From: Utricularia gibba
Lineage: Eukaryota > Plantae > Magnoliophyta
Direction: 5' to 3'
Length of the DNA stretch: 64,000 bases
NCBI GenBank assembly: GCA_002189035.1
Contig: CM007991.1
Coordinates: forward strand, 806,001-870,000
Below the pieces are notes generated by a model that ran no database searches, was not told where the DNA came from, and worked only from the letters and a program-made list of their open reading frames with translations. Within the stretch, counting starts at the first letter, position 1, and each line of letters opens with the position of its first letter. Of this stretch, positions 10,769-24,708 are shown in pieces. The position numbers and the translations under genes were made by a program.

Positions 10769-13700
10769 ATGTCGGTGGCAGCAGGATCGCCAGCTCATCA
10801 ACGGCGCTCAATTTTTCTCGGCGTCGACGTTGGGACAGGAAGCGCGCGGGCTGGTTGTTTTTCTCTCCTTGACTCGTTCTGCGTGCTGATTGAATCATTT
10901 TAGTGGGCTTTTGGGTTATGTGATACAATTGTAGGCGCGGGTGTCTTGGTTTCTTGTAATGGATGGGGATGGATTCACATTCTGCAGCTTTCTTTAGTTG
11001 AATTAAGACTATTTAGGGGGAAAAAGATAGTTTTTTTTTTTTAAAGAGTTGCCTGAGATAACCTTGCCGAGGATCACGGCGGTGGAGGATTACTTGGCTA
11101 CGTGAATTTATTGTGCCTTCTTATTCTGTTGAAAGCAGGGTTATTTGATGAGAGTGGGCGATTGCTTGGTAGTGCTAGCAGCCCAATACAGCTATGGAAA
11201 GAAGGTGACTGTATTGAGGTTAGCAATTCAGGCTTCTTGATACGTTGGTATCTTCTCATGTTTACTGGCCTTTTTTTTTTTTATCGGCTAGCAATCTTCA
11301 ACCGATATATGGCTTGCTATTTGCACTGCTGTCAAAACAGCATGCTCTGTTGGTAATGTATCCGGTGATGAAGTAACAAGTTTAGGTTTTGCTGCCACGT
11401 GTTCTCTTGGTAAGTCAACTTGTACCGCTTGTTCCTCACATAATGCATCATACTTATCTCTAGCTGTGTTTTCTATAATTCATGCTGAATCATAATAGTG
11501 GACATTTTTACTTAGAGCCCTCTCTGGCACTGGAATCTACGAACCACAACGGGTTGTTCTAGCTTTTTCACTTTGAGAGCTGGTTTTTGCAGTTGCTGTT
11601 GATTTTGATGGAGAACCTGTGACAATTTCTTGGAGCGGCGATACAAGAAGAAATATCATTGTGTGGATGGACCATAGAGCTGTAAGGCAAGCTGAGAAGA
11701 TTAACTGCTCAAAATCACCGGTGTTGGAATATTGTGGTGGAGCTTTATCTCCTGAAATGCAGCTACCGAAGGTTTTTTAGATAATGCATTGTGAATATCT
11801 TTCTCGTAAGCCATCTTATTCTTCATATTGATTATATGCAATTTGCACGTCATGATGCTATGTGATGTGACAGAAAATCACAATGAATGAGGTACTCATT
11901 ATTAAATGACATTTAGTGTGTTATCTGAGAGATAGATATGGCATGCCTTTTATGCCGTGTGATTTATCTGGAGATGGCAACTGCGATCTCTGGGATGACA
12001 GAAATTTAGTTGCCTTTCATGGATGTTATAATATGGTGCTAAAATTTTCTGTTTAACTTTTTTTCAATTAAGTATAGGCTTCAATCTTCCTACTGGTCCT
12101 GCAAGCACGCACCAGTGAATGGAATTTTAATTCATCATTCAAGTACTATAAACGCTATACAACATGTGATAAGCATTTAAGCTGATGCTGTCCATTTCTA
12201 ATTAAAATTCTTATAGAAGTGTCACATTGCATTTTCAGCTTTTATGGGTTAAAGAAAACTTGCCAGAGTCATGGTCAATGGCATCTAGGTGGATGGATCT
12301 ATCTGATTGGCTGTCATTTAGGTTGACAATCTCCCACTTCAAATTTTGCTCCCAAGGTTTTGTTTGTTACTCAAGGAGAGAATCACATTCAATTTATTAT
12401 CTTTAGGGCTACCGGAGACGATACAAGGAGTCTATGCACCACAGTCTGCAAGTGGACTTATTTAGGCCATGCACATATGCAGCAGATAAGTGAGATCGAT
12501 CCTCAGGGCACTACAGCATGTGGATGGGATGATGAATTCTTGGAAGAGATTGGCCTTGGTGAACTTATTGAGGGCCATCACTCTAAAATTGGTGCACTTC
12601 TACGCTCAACAGTTTCATGTGTTGACATTTTGTTTTTTCCAAATTATGTGGTATTCTCTCTACCTTATGGCAATTTTGGAAAATCTAGTTTTTTGTAACA
12701 TGTTTTGGAAGGTCTACAGGAAGCAGGGTAGCATTTCCAGGCCATGCTTTGGGTAGTGGTTTAACCTCTGATGCTGCAAAGGCAAGAATTGTAGTCAAAA
12801 AGATGTTCTATTTGGTCAACGGATGATCTGAAACCTGATTATCTCATGCATGATAGTTGTGAGTCTTGCTAAGAAGGATACGTGGTTTACATTTCAGGGC
12901 TTTGATAAGCCTCTCCGCTTTTCAGGAATTGGGTCTGTTGACTGGGATACCTGTAGGTACATCCCTAATAGATGCTCATGCTGGTGGGGTTGGTGTGATG
13001 GAAAGTACACCTAAGACAGATTCTGAGTCAAGAGGTTGCTTCTCCTTGATTTTTCCTTCAACATATCGATGCTACTCGCTGTCTAAAGAACTGAGTGCAT
13101 CTGCATGGTCCTCTAGCTTATTATCTTGTGTATGTGTAGAGCTTGATGAAGATTCAATATGCCATCGAATGGTGTTAGTATGTGGAACTTCGACATGCCA
13201 TATGGCTATTTCTAAGAGAAAACTGTTCGTCCCAGGCATTTGGGGACCTTTTTGGTCAGGTAAGGTTCCAACAGAAGGATCCTAATGGCATGGAGATTTG
13301 ACCTGTGTCTTACTACAGTTCACTTTTTTAAATGATTTAGCGATGGTGCCTCAGTATTGGCTAACTGAAGGAGGTCAGAGTGCTACTGGCGCATTACTTG
13401 ATCACATAATAGAACGCCATGTGGCTTTTCTGCATCTTGCCGATAAAGCTGCCTACCAGAGTGCTACAGCTTGCTCCTGCTTGTAACTATGTTTCATCAT
13501 CTTCAAGGATCCCACATGATTTTCTGTTTTCAGATGTTTCAATATTTGAATTGCTGAATAAAATGCTGGAACTAATAAAGGAAGAAGCAGGCGCACATTT
13601 CCTTGCTGCTTTGACCAGGGACATCCACGTCCTTCCTGATTTCCATGGGAACAGGTTGAAGCTCGAGACTTCCTTAGGAATTTGTATTTTTTTAATCTAG

Positions 13701-14475
13701 TTCATTGATCTTCAATATTTTTGGTTTAGATCACCCATGGCAGATCCTGAATCAAAAGGGATGATAAGTGGCCTAACACTCGATTCAGATGAAAAGCAAC
13801 TAGCGGTGCTTTACCTTGCAACAGTCCAGGCCATAGCATACGGAACTCGACATATCATGGAGCACTGTAACTCCCGAGGACACCAAGTGAGCCTACTACT
13901 TATTCTCTTTTGTGATCAGCGTAAACTAGAGCTTATTTATACAGTGTCAGAATTCAGCAACTGCACTTTTTTCCAGATTGACACCTTGCTTGCATGTGGT
14001 GGGCTCACAAAGAACTCCTTGTTCATTCAAGAGCACGCTGATATTGCAGGTTCTCTCCCTTTCCAAGTGCATATGTCACCAGGCCTAATCATGTTCATGA
14101 ATCGTATAAAGTTTTCCTGAGTACCTTTATCTCAACAGGCTGCCCCATAATCCTTCCACGCGAAAACGAGTCTGTGCTCCTCGGTGCAGCGATTCTCGGC
14201 GCTGTTGCTTCAAAGAAGTATTCCACAGTCCGAGAGGCCATGAAAGCCCTGAATGCTGCTGGCCAGGTAGGAAACTCCTACTTATCCCTTCAGTCGACAG
14301 CTTGAAAAAGTTGTCTCATTGACTGTCACTTAAACTCCTATTTCAGATTGTTCACCCCTCTAGTGACCCCAAGGTGAAGAGCTTCCATGATGCCAAGTAC
14401 CAAATCTTTCGCCTTCTGTATGAGCAGCAGCTCGCTCACCGTGCCATCATGAGGAATGCTCTATCCGACTACTGA
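10769..14475 (+). CDS. FGGY: FGGY-family pentulose kinase (D-ribulokinase/YDR109C-type), multi-exon
   Basis: [105 protein letters not shown] and LACGGLTKN are joined by short introns. TGA ends 14475. Confidence 0.93.
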
Positions 14476-15349
14476 AATTACACAGGTCCGTTGGCTTCTG
14501 TTAGTAATAAGCTATTCCTCTGACTCAATTCCTGGAAGCATCAACACCCATCTGTGTACACTTCTCATGATGGCAATAAGAGTGTAAATTTAGCAATGTT
14601 GTCATCCCACTGTGTGCCCAACTCCCAAACTTCTCCCTATCCTAAAGTTTTCAGTTCTTTTTTATATCACTGACTCTATCATGAAATTGGATTGGATCGT
14701 GTTTTTTTTTTTTTTCTGTGTGCCTTAGAAATTCAACCATAGTTTATTACGATAAAATTAATGGTTCTTAATATCAATTTTTTATATAAATGGATTTTTC
14801 TAATTATTTTGTATCATGAAGGTTAATTAGTTATCTAGTTAGAGTTATTTAAAAAAAATGGTCATTCATATAATCTATCTCATACAGTTAGTTAAAATTT
14901 TTATATTACAAGTAATCATTTTTTTCACACACGGAAACATATGATTGCGACACTTCTAATAGATACTCCTCCCCACGGCACTCTTTCTATATATAAAAAT
15001 AAAAAATTAAAGCATTATGTCATCAATTGACATATCACATTGCATATCTTTCCTTTTTTTTTTCCCCCAACCATTAAAAAAAAATTTGATTGCATTTTCC
15101 CATCTTTCATTGATTCTTAGTTTCATATTGGAATCTTTCCTAAACGAACTATCGCTATGGAATTAGATTAAATTTTTGTGATTATTTCCCTTGAGGGGTA
15201 CATTATGTTGTCTCGGGAGAGTATACTTTAGGCAACAAATATTTTAATAATGATATATGTATTATATTATATTTTGTAGGAAAGAAAATTCAAGAAAATA
15301 GCTGATGTCAGACTTTGAAAGACTACAAGCTCTGGGATAATGTTTGATG

Positions 15350-15397
15350 ACGTGTCACGTGACTCTAACGGTTCTTCACTTCACCCTCTGTATAAAT
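15350..15397 (+). promoter_or_regulatory. Xylose isomerase promoter: overlapping ABRE/G-box and TATA box
   Basis: ACGTGTC (15350), the perfect palindrome GTCACGTGAC containing CACGTG (15354-15363), and TATAAAT (15391-15397), about 240 bp upstream of the ATG. Confidence 0.55.
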
Positions 15398-15630
15398 CCC
15401 TTCGGCACCTTTTACAATTTGCATCCCCGCCTGCTCGGTGCAAGCCTGGTTGTGACTCGTATGCTCTCTCAATCATCTCTGTAACTAGATGGATCGTCAT
15501 TCTGGGTTTTCTGTTGAGGGTTACTGTGATTTCATTTTTTTAATGTTTGGGAGCGATATTAGGTGTGAGGATCGGTTATTCATACCTTTTAGAATTTGAT
15601 TTGCGTCGCAGGGTTTGTTCCCCGTTTGAG

Positions 15631-17989
15631 ATGGCTGTGAAGACCCGTTTGTTTTTGATGATCTTGGTTTCTCTGAATGCTGTTTCTAGTGTCGTGGTAA
15701 AGTTGGCATCTTTGAGGTTATGTGCTCATAAATCGTCAATTAGCCGTTGTGGGTTAGATTTTGTATTTGTTTTATGCATGGACTTCAGTTTGCTTCTGAG
15801 CCATCATCATGCCCTGCTAATCTGGAAACAAGTTGTGATGCGGAAACAAAAGGGGAGTTCTTTCCAGGTATTACGAAGATTAAGTATGAGGTGAGGGCCT
15901 TTCATGCGAATACCCGGTTTAGAAAACATGAGATTTCTTTGGTCAAGTATATTTTGTGGTGATCGTTGCTTGGTGGGGACTTTTGCAGGGGCCTTCTAGC
16001 AAGAATCCTCTTGCTTTCAAGTGGTACAATGCTGAAGAAGTTGTGCTTGGTAAAAAGATGAAGGTGTGCTCTGTTTCTAGTTGTCTATATCATCATCATG
16101 GATGCTTGCAAACTTTATTGTCTGCTTTAGGAGTGGTTAAGATTCAGTATCGCATTTTGGCATACCTTTCGTGGAACTGGGGCCGATCCATTTGGTGCAC
16201 CAACAAAGGTATGGCCGTGGGAGGATGGCACTAATTCCTTGGATATGGCCAAGACAAGAAGTACGGTTATTACTGTCTCTTTGGTATATTCTGGAGTTGT
16301 CCTTGGAAAATTTTACTGGTTAACAGCATATTGTCGCTTTGATGTTCCAGTGAAGGCAAACTTTGAGTTCATTGAAAAGCTTGGAGTTGATAGATGGTGC
16401 TTCCACGACAGGGATATTGCTCCTGAGGGGAAAACAATTGAGGTTTTTGAATACACGAATGCTCCTTTGTTTCTCCAGTGTTTTAGACATTATTTATTCG
16501 GATGCAGGAAACCAATTCGAATTTGGATGAGATTGTCGCTGTTGCAAAAAGCCTTCAGGTAAATATACAAATGTAACATTTTTCTCTCTATTTCACACAT
16601 TAGCCACTCGGTTATCTCCCCTGTGTTTTTTTTTCCCAGGAGAAAACAGGCATCCGTCCTCTATGGGGCACAGCTCAGTTGTTCTATCACCCCAGATTCA
16701 TGCATGGAGCTGCAACTAGGTACTGGTCTTTTGAATGTTTTTCTGTCAATTAAGTAGATGCTGATGTTCTTTCACCTCAAGCTAATTCCCTACACTTAAT
16801 CCTATACAGCTCTGAACTAGGAGTATATTTATATTCTGCTGCTCAGGTCAAGAAAGCCATTGAGGTATATATACACCTTCTGAATTTGTTTTTATCTGGA
16901 CATCCCACACCCCATCATCATAATGTTTTACTCCATCCTTTTCATATGCACACAGGTGACACATTATCTTGGTGGGGAGAATTATGTTTTCTGGGGCGGC
17001 CGTGAGGGTTACCAGTCTCTTTTGAACACCGATATGGAAAGAGAACTTGATCACATGGTACACAGATTGTTATGAAACATTACATATGAATGGCTTCTTT
17101 CCATTTCTTCTTAAATTGAGTTTATTACCATAAACCTACACTTTTGCAGGCCAGATTCTTTGAAGCTGCTGTTGCCTATAAGAAGAAGATCGGATTTAAT
17201 GGTGTAATATCATCTTATGTAGATGCTGCTGTGATTCCAAAGATTGCATCCTTGATATTCATGTGCGAATGGTTTTGCAGGAACATTTCTTATAGAACCT
17301 AAGCCCCAAGAACCCACCAAGCACCAGTTTGTCTCTCTAACTGCGGCTGTTTTGCTTTGCATTCCCCATCAACAAGGGAGCTAACTTGTTCATCTTGTTT
17401 TAGGTATGATTGGGATGCTGCTACATCAGCAAACTTCCTCCGAAAATATGATCTTATAAACGAGTTTAAACTGAACATTGAGTGCAACCATGCAACCCTG
17501 TCTGGCCACAGCTGCCACCATGAGCTTGAGACTGCCAGAATCAATGGACTTCTAGGAAACATAGATGCCAACACCGGCGACCCTCAAGTTGGCTGGGACA
17601 CAGACCAGTTTATGATGGATGTTGCGGAAGCAACTATGGTGATGCTCTCTGTGATTAAAAACGGAGGACTGGCACCCGGAGGATTCAACTTCGATGCGAA
17701 GCTCCGGCGGGAGAGCACAGATGTAGAAGACATCTTCATTGCTCATATTGCAGGCATGGATACTCTCGCTCGAGGGCTGCGTAATGCTGCTAAGCTGATT
17801 GAGGATGGCTCGTTGGCTGACCTTGTCAGGAAGAGATACCAGAGCTTTGATTCGGAGATTGGGGCTCTGATTGAGGCCGGAGAAACCGATTTTGAGTTCC
17901 TGGAGAAGAAAGCAATCGAGTTTGGAGAACCTAAGGTTGGTTCTGCTAAACAAGAGTTAGCTGAAATGATCTTCCAAGCAGCATTGTAG
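15631..17989 (+). CDS. XYLA: Xylose isomerase (class II, plant type with signal peptide), 12 exons
   Basis: [77 protein letters not shown] and GGFNFDAK. Eleven short introns lie between 15697 and 17403; the last exon (17404-17989) is uninterrupted. Confidence 0.96.
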
Positions 17990-18178
17990 GTGATGATGAC
18001 CCAAACCCAGTTGCAGTAGAACCTGTTCTTCACCTTCACATCATGAAAAGTGCCATGTACAAAACATTTATTCCATGGCCATTCTGAATAAGATTTTCTT
18101 TTCTTGTCTCTAAAAATCAGAGGCAAACAAACACATGACTAAAACCCCTGAAGCATCATGGTTTCATCTTCCGACGGT

Positions 18179-21100
18179 TCAGAAGACCGGCAAGCTGGCC
18201 AAGAACGCGAGGGTGAGCGGAGAAGTCGACTTACCAAAAAGCGAACACCAAGGAGGTAGCTTTGCGATGATGTTTTCTGTTGGAGGAGTCATTCGCAACA
18301 CATCAGTTCGCAAACGAAGAAGGCTACTGCTTTTCTGTTTCTCGGTAGTATTCACTGCCCGGTGAACAGAAAGGATGAACTTCGTCGGCGATTTCTTGCC
18401 ACCGGAGAACTGAATTATATGCCATCCATCAACACTGCTCTTCCTACCATACGGAATCAGCTCATCGCCACTTTCAGCATCTACACCCATTGAGCATGAA
18501 ATTGGTAAGCAGAGAATAATCAGCAGCCACATCTCCAGATAGTTTTTGGATACCTTTCAGCATGAAGTCCTCAATTTCAATGGTATTGATTGCAAGTGCC
18601 CAGCGAGTAGAAGCCTTGGTGTCAATGAAGATACGGGTTTCCAACTCATCTGTCTGCGCATCCTTCTGTACATGGATCACAGGAATGTCGGACTTGAGCC
18701 AGCCTATCTCAGCATTCTTGCTCGTCCAACAACTGTAGTTGGCTGAAAAGGTAACAAAATCTACGGATCTATTCCTCCCACAAACAAAGCCTTCACCAAC
18801 ATGCTCTGCTTCCTTGTTCAAGTTTCCAGGAGTCCCTGAAAACAGAGAAATGTACGAAACTGGGTCCTGCTTTTGAAGGACAGTGCCTGTTGCATCAATG
18901 ACATGCACAACCTGGGGTTGAACAAGATGTGAGATAATATCATTCTATGATTGCCTGAGGGGATAACAATGACGGAACAGAGGTGGCTTACATTCACAGC
19001 TCTAGCTGCATCTTCGGTAAATGCAGGAGCAAATCCTCCCAAAACTGCAGCCAGAGAGAGCAAGAACAGACTGCCTGCAGTGATGATCACCGGACTTTTG
19101 TTTTCTAGGACATGATCAAGTTGGGGCATGTTAGTGAATCATCAAGTCGAGATCTAGAGAGCTTAAGACAACTTTATGCATCACAAGAAGACGAGACCGA
19201 CATAAGATAACACAAAGCAAACTAGATCATCACCTGATAGATGAACATAGCATAGTACATGCCAGAGCATTAAGCATACAACTGCTGAAATGAATACTGC
19301 AACTACCATGTTCAATACCCAATCTGGAGTTGAACCGGGGTTCCTGTCAGTGAAATATGTTAGTGCATTTCAGTTGGGTGCTAAAGAATGCAAATCCCAA
19401 AAATAATTAACATAATCAGATGCATAAGCTAATCCTTCTATACATGGAACCATGCCATGGGATTAGGAGTGACATTGTTTATTCTTTACCTCACAAAGCG
19501 AACAGCATATCCAACTATGGTAGCTGAGCACCTGATAACCAAGCCAGAGGAGAGCAGAAATGGCACAAACAAACCAAGTATCAAGGTCACAGTTTTTAGT
19601 GCCTTTGGGAGCCTTTCTGGTGACAATGTTGCTTCTAGCAAACCATCTGCGGTGTTCAGATGCAATATTTGTCAAGACAGGGAAAGAATAAAAAATTTCT
19701 AGAGCAAGTAATACAAGAAATGTGAATAATTTCAGATGATTATTTGCAGCGATCTATCAGTATAGTTGAAGGCACCCTTTCCATGAAATTCCTACTCCAT
19801 TCTAATCAATACTACATGTTATGCTGATATCTAAAAAACACGGCTTTGTGCTAGGAAATAGTGGGCAGGTGCACTCACAAGCAAATGCAGGAGACACTAA
19901 CCAAGCGAGAGCTATATACGCTACACCAATCTGATAATAGACTCCAAGAGCAAGGAGAAGAAGCCACTGCAAGAATCCAGCTTTAAAGAGCCATCTTTCA
20001 GCATCTAACTTAGCAACAGTGGCGTGCAAACTAGTAGGTAGATTCCTCTTTCGTCCGACAAAAGTACGAGACAAATAAGACTCAAGGGCACGATAAACCA
20101 TATGTTGACCTGTGAGTGCACCGAGAAAAGCAGGTGCACCAAAAAGTCCAGCCACTAGCAACGGACAAGATACATAGGGCACTGCTGAAGTAGACATGAA
20201 GTACAGCATGAAAGCAACCACAGAGGAAAAGCTAATAGAACATATCCATGTAACTATCACACTGAGGCATGATAATGATAATGCCACAGCTGCTGGATAT
20301 CCTCCATATAAAGTGATGTTGTCCAAAGGAGAACTGACTGCCCTATTACTGACTGGTAAAACATTTTCCCGAGATTCTGCGGGATGGTGATCATGTATGT
20401 TCCCTGAGACAAACAAAAACAATATCTAAATGAAAAAACTGAATCATAAACCAAAAATATCAAAAATGAAAAAAAAAAAGTAGCTTCATCCCCAGAACAT
20501 GAATATACCAAAATGTCAAAATATATAGAGTTCTTCCCATTTGAGTTGGATCCTGTGCCTTCAGGAAGGCTTGATGACGCAGCATGAACTAAGAAAGAAA
20601 GCATATTTTCCCCGAGATGTTGGAGCGAACCAGGTTTCAAAAGCTTCAACTTATCATTCTGCATTTAAGAAATAAAATCCACAATAAGTTCATATCATCC
20701 AAATTCTAATAAAATATTATTCATCTCAGTTACCTTGGTGTGGTAAACAACAGTATTGTCTGTGAACGCAAAATCAAGACCTGAGAGACCTGCCAACTCT
20801 CTGTACACTTGGAAATCAGTGGCAGACTTTATAAGCCCGGATGCGAAGAGATCCTAAGAATTTCAGACACAAAAGGCACAAGTGGATATATGTATGCATG
20901 AAACAAGAGTATCAAGAATAGGATTGCCAAAAAATGAGGCAAAAAACCTGACTGAACACTTGAGCAGATGGATATTTTGCAACAGAGGCAAATTTTTCAA
21001 CAGCCCAGGTATCGGGACCAGTCTGTGAAATGAAGAATGGAGCAAATAAATCTTCATTGTGGTAATAAGAAAAAAAAAAAGAACAGAAACATAAATGAGG

Positions 21101-22410
21101 AACATCAGGAAGCAGTTACCAATATCAGACCTGAAATATACCAGATTTTCCTCCAATTCCCATAGCTTCCAAATCAATTGCCACTCTTATGGTATCATTC
21201 CATGGGTGCTGCACCACTTACATATTAGGAATAGGAATGAACAATCATTGCTAAAAATTTGATCGTCAATGACTTTTTCGATACAGGAGAATGTTGTAGA
21301 GTACATTAAAAAGCACTTCAAATAGAAAAACCCTACATGGGTGATGAAGCTATGAGCACCATTCAGACCTTCCTCCTCCCCCGTATTGAACAGAAATATA
21401 ATAGCATTCTTAAATCCATGTCCCATCTGTGATAATCCACGCGCAAGCTCCAGCATAACAGCCACACATGAACTGCAGTCACCAGCTCCTTCGCTGAGAA
21501 AACAAACAGAGAAGTTAACAACTGACTCAGCTGCTTAAAATCCAACTCGATGGATCTACGAATAGTAGGAATAAGCTTCTGCAGCAACCGATCTTGCTGG
21601 AAAAAAAAGTGATGCTACAATATAAAAAGGTACGTTGAGAAAACTGTATCAATGTGGGATGAAACCAGGATTGCATTTTCCGCAGCTCCAGATGAAAACT
21701 TGGGGATGATTCTCAGCACAATGTGATCCAAATCTGAATAAACAACGGTTCTTCCTTAAAGAGGCCACCAGCTAGATTGTTCGCACCATATTTTGAATGG
21801 AAGAAGTCCACATCCACGTTCACCTCCCAGTGAGCTGATTTTTTTATATTCTCCGCGACATTTTTCACATACTGCATTAGAAGATGACACGAACCCATCA
21901 ACACATATATGCATATTCGTCCAGTTTTGAGCCCAATGGAAGCATATTTTCGACAGTGTTTTGTGTTAAAGATTCGTGCTTTATTTTTCGCAAAACGAAA
22001 ATTTCTTTGTGATCAAGTCAAAACAAAAAAAAAAAGATCAAATAAAGAAGCAGAACCTGTACGGCACTTTCAAGTGCATGAGAACCGACGGGATGAGGAC
22101 CAAATTGAGTCAACGCCTTGACATGCGTCATGGCTTCATACTCAGAAAAGCCCCTTTTCCCCACCTGCTCCAGAGACGCCGGTGGAGGTAGAGTCTGAAA
22201 CTGATAATAATACACACTCCAAGCCCCATAAATCATCAGGGCTAACAATCCAAGAATCGAATATGATGATCTATTTGCCACCAAAACCACATTCTTGCTC
22301 GTCAAAGACTTGTCTTCTTCTTCCTTTCCACTATCTTGACTGCTTCCCATACCACTACCACTCGCATAATCAGACGAAGGCGCGCCTCTGGGCCTTTGCC
22401 TCATCTTCAT
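18179..22410 (-). CDS. ERMP1: M28 family ER metallopeptidase 1-like membrane peptidase (two 1-nt frameshifts)
   Basis: LVSSHIDTV, GAGDCSSCVAVMLE, FNTGEEEGLNGAHSF, IDLEAMG, SATDFQVY, GLDFAF and YHTKND are followed by multiple TM segments. Frames are restored by one added G at 21754 (FKGRTVVYSDL) and at 20304 (YMGGYPAAV). Confidence 0.92.
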
Positions 22411-22881
22411 GAAGCAACTGGTACCCTGGATTTCCTGCGCTCACCTTGTTAGAGGAACTCAGATTCCGATATCTTAAATCACCACACCTTCGATGATGGA
22501 GGAAATCGGAGAAATCAAAGTGGCTCTTCTTGTATAATACACTTCCTTCTTCAAATACTCGCACCCAATTCTAATCCTAAACCCGAAGCGAATAAATGTT
22601 GAACAAAGGAAAAGACTGGCGCTGAGTAGCCGGAATCTCACGCCGCAGTGACACTGAGCCCGACGACTGATGCCGGGAGGGATGATAACACCGGGCCGAA
22701 GGAAGAGTCAGAAAGACTCTTGATAGATTTGATTGGTTGCGTATGCAATATTTATTTTATACGAATATTTATAATGAATATAAAAGGAAATTTAATAATT
22801 ATTATTTATATATTCAATCGTAGGTGACATAATGCTGATATAAAAATGACGCCATTTTTTACTAATAAGCATACATAAATT

Positions 22882-24604
22882 TCAGTGTTGATGAATCAAA
22901 TAGGCATACACAAGTTCGTTCCAAACATCGGGAATTCCCGGTAAACACCAATGCAAGCAATCCGAGTAATTGAGCGGATCGGAGATCAGCTCCGGCGTCG
23001 GAATTCCCCAATGCTTCCTGTAAATCGACGGGTGCCCGTCTTTTCTGTAATCCGTAAGTTGAGTTATGTTCATCATTTCGACTTCCAATCCTCTCTTGTT
23101 GAGTTCGTAAATGGCGGATTCAACTGCTCGCATCATTCCAGGTATCGTCCCTCTTCCCCTGTACCCTTCCTCCTCAATTATCCCTGTTTCGCCATAGCAG
23201 TTTTCTCCCACGTTTCCTCCCCATTCTTCTGCCCTGAAAATCGTTTGGATTGAGGAATTGGTTTGGTTGGGGGATTGGGACTCGTTGTTTGATTTGTTTA
23301 CGTACCATGCATGGGTTGGGGACATGGTCATGAAAAAGAGACGAGTTTTGTTGGGGTTGATGCGGAGTTCGAGCCAATCTGACCATGTTCGTAGCGCCAT
23401 TTCGTATGCTCGGATCATGCCGACTTTCTTGTATACTCCCTCACAAGTGTCGAATGACCCCCACCTGTTTGTTAAAAGTCCGCTGTCAGAGTGCATTTTA
23501 TGAAACTGAATCAAGAGTCCATCAATTGTCTAACTCTGAGCACTTACAGGACTTCGATGGAAGGCATTCGCCACCACAGATAAGAGTCGAAGACAAGCAC
23601 ATCGGCGTCACTCCAATGGCGACCATGTTTCTCGATCGCTTGTGTTCTCACATTGTGATCACGCGGGGTGCTCATTGGGTCGTCGCAATTGGACTCCACC
23701 AAAAACGGAGACCAGTAAAACTCGATGCTTGCATTGTACTCCTGAGAATCATGGTGAATGAAAGACTCACAGTATCTTGAGGATGAAGAGCAGAAGAGCA
23801 TTGCTTACTTTTGCTATGAAGGCGATCAGGTTGGAACCATCGTCCACAACTTGCTTGAACTGGGGTGCAATCCCCTTTTCAAGCAAACAAACCATGGACA
23901 CCCACTGTCCTCTGTTCATTGAATCTCCAACGAACACCATCCTTCTGTTCCTCAGCCTCTCTAGCATGGCTGTTGCATTGAACCTGATATGCCACCAGCA
24001 TGACAAGCCCATACAATACAAGCAGTTCAGATTATAAAATACTTGCACAGATTGATTACTGGGGTATGGAATGAGTGCATGTGCAAGTAACTGCTATTCC
24101 TGTGTTCTTTGCACCATGAGCCTAATCTTAAATGTTATACCAATTGTGCAGGAAAGGTAGTCGCAGTAGATGGCACCTGGGGAGGTCACAGTGATGAGGC
24201 TGCCAACGCCAATGCTGATAGCCTTTATCAGGTCTTCCATATTTGCCACAGGCCATTACATCAGACATGAAACTGCACTCCTCTTTGTACAAAGGACGAG
24301 ACATGTTATCAAAGACCCATTTCCCTGAAAACACTTGACACTCGGCAATCTTTTTCGGCGTCGCCAGAAACAGCCCTCTGCCACCATCCTGAGTCGAAGC
24401 CACTATTCTCCGACCACCTTCTAGCATCAAGTACCCGCCCCCTGTCCCAAAATAAATCACAGCTGCGGCTGAAACCGCTGCTATCAGTGATCTAAGGCTG
24501 CATTTGACTTTGCAGGTGTCCTTCAGAATCATGATGAAGCAGAGAAATGGCGACTGGGGATAGAGGCCTTGAGTTTGGTAAGTGAAGATGGTGGTGTGCT
24601 GCAT
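22882..24604 (-). CDS. TBL34: Trichome birefringence-like xylan O-acetyltransferase, TBL34/35-like (5 exons)
   Basis: N-terminal TM, CQVFSGKWVFD, WRWQPHHCDLPRF, VFVGDSMNRGQWVSMVCLL (GDS), FYWSPFLVESNCDDP, RKDGHPS and DCLHWCLPGIPDVWNE (DxxH). The start codon choice is approximate. Confidence 0.9.
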
Positions 24605-24708
24605 AGAGACATGATCTTCCAATGTGGAAAGTTCAAGTCTTGCTTTGTTTGCACATTCGTCAATAGTGCACGCGCATTCATATTTTTTCCCCAAAAAAGA
24701 AATATTAC

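Noticed and set aside
11855-11937. Possible intronic box C/D snoRNA in the long FGGY intron (GTGATGT...CTGA with CTAT/ATAG flanks)
   Set aside because: Box C is imperfect and I recognise no rRNA/snRNA antisense element; a snoRNA search (snoScan/Rfam) would be needed.
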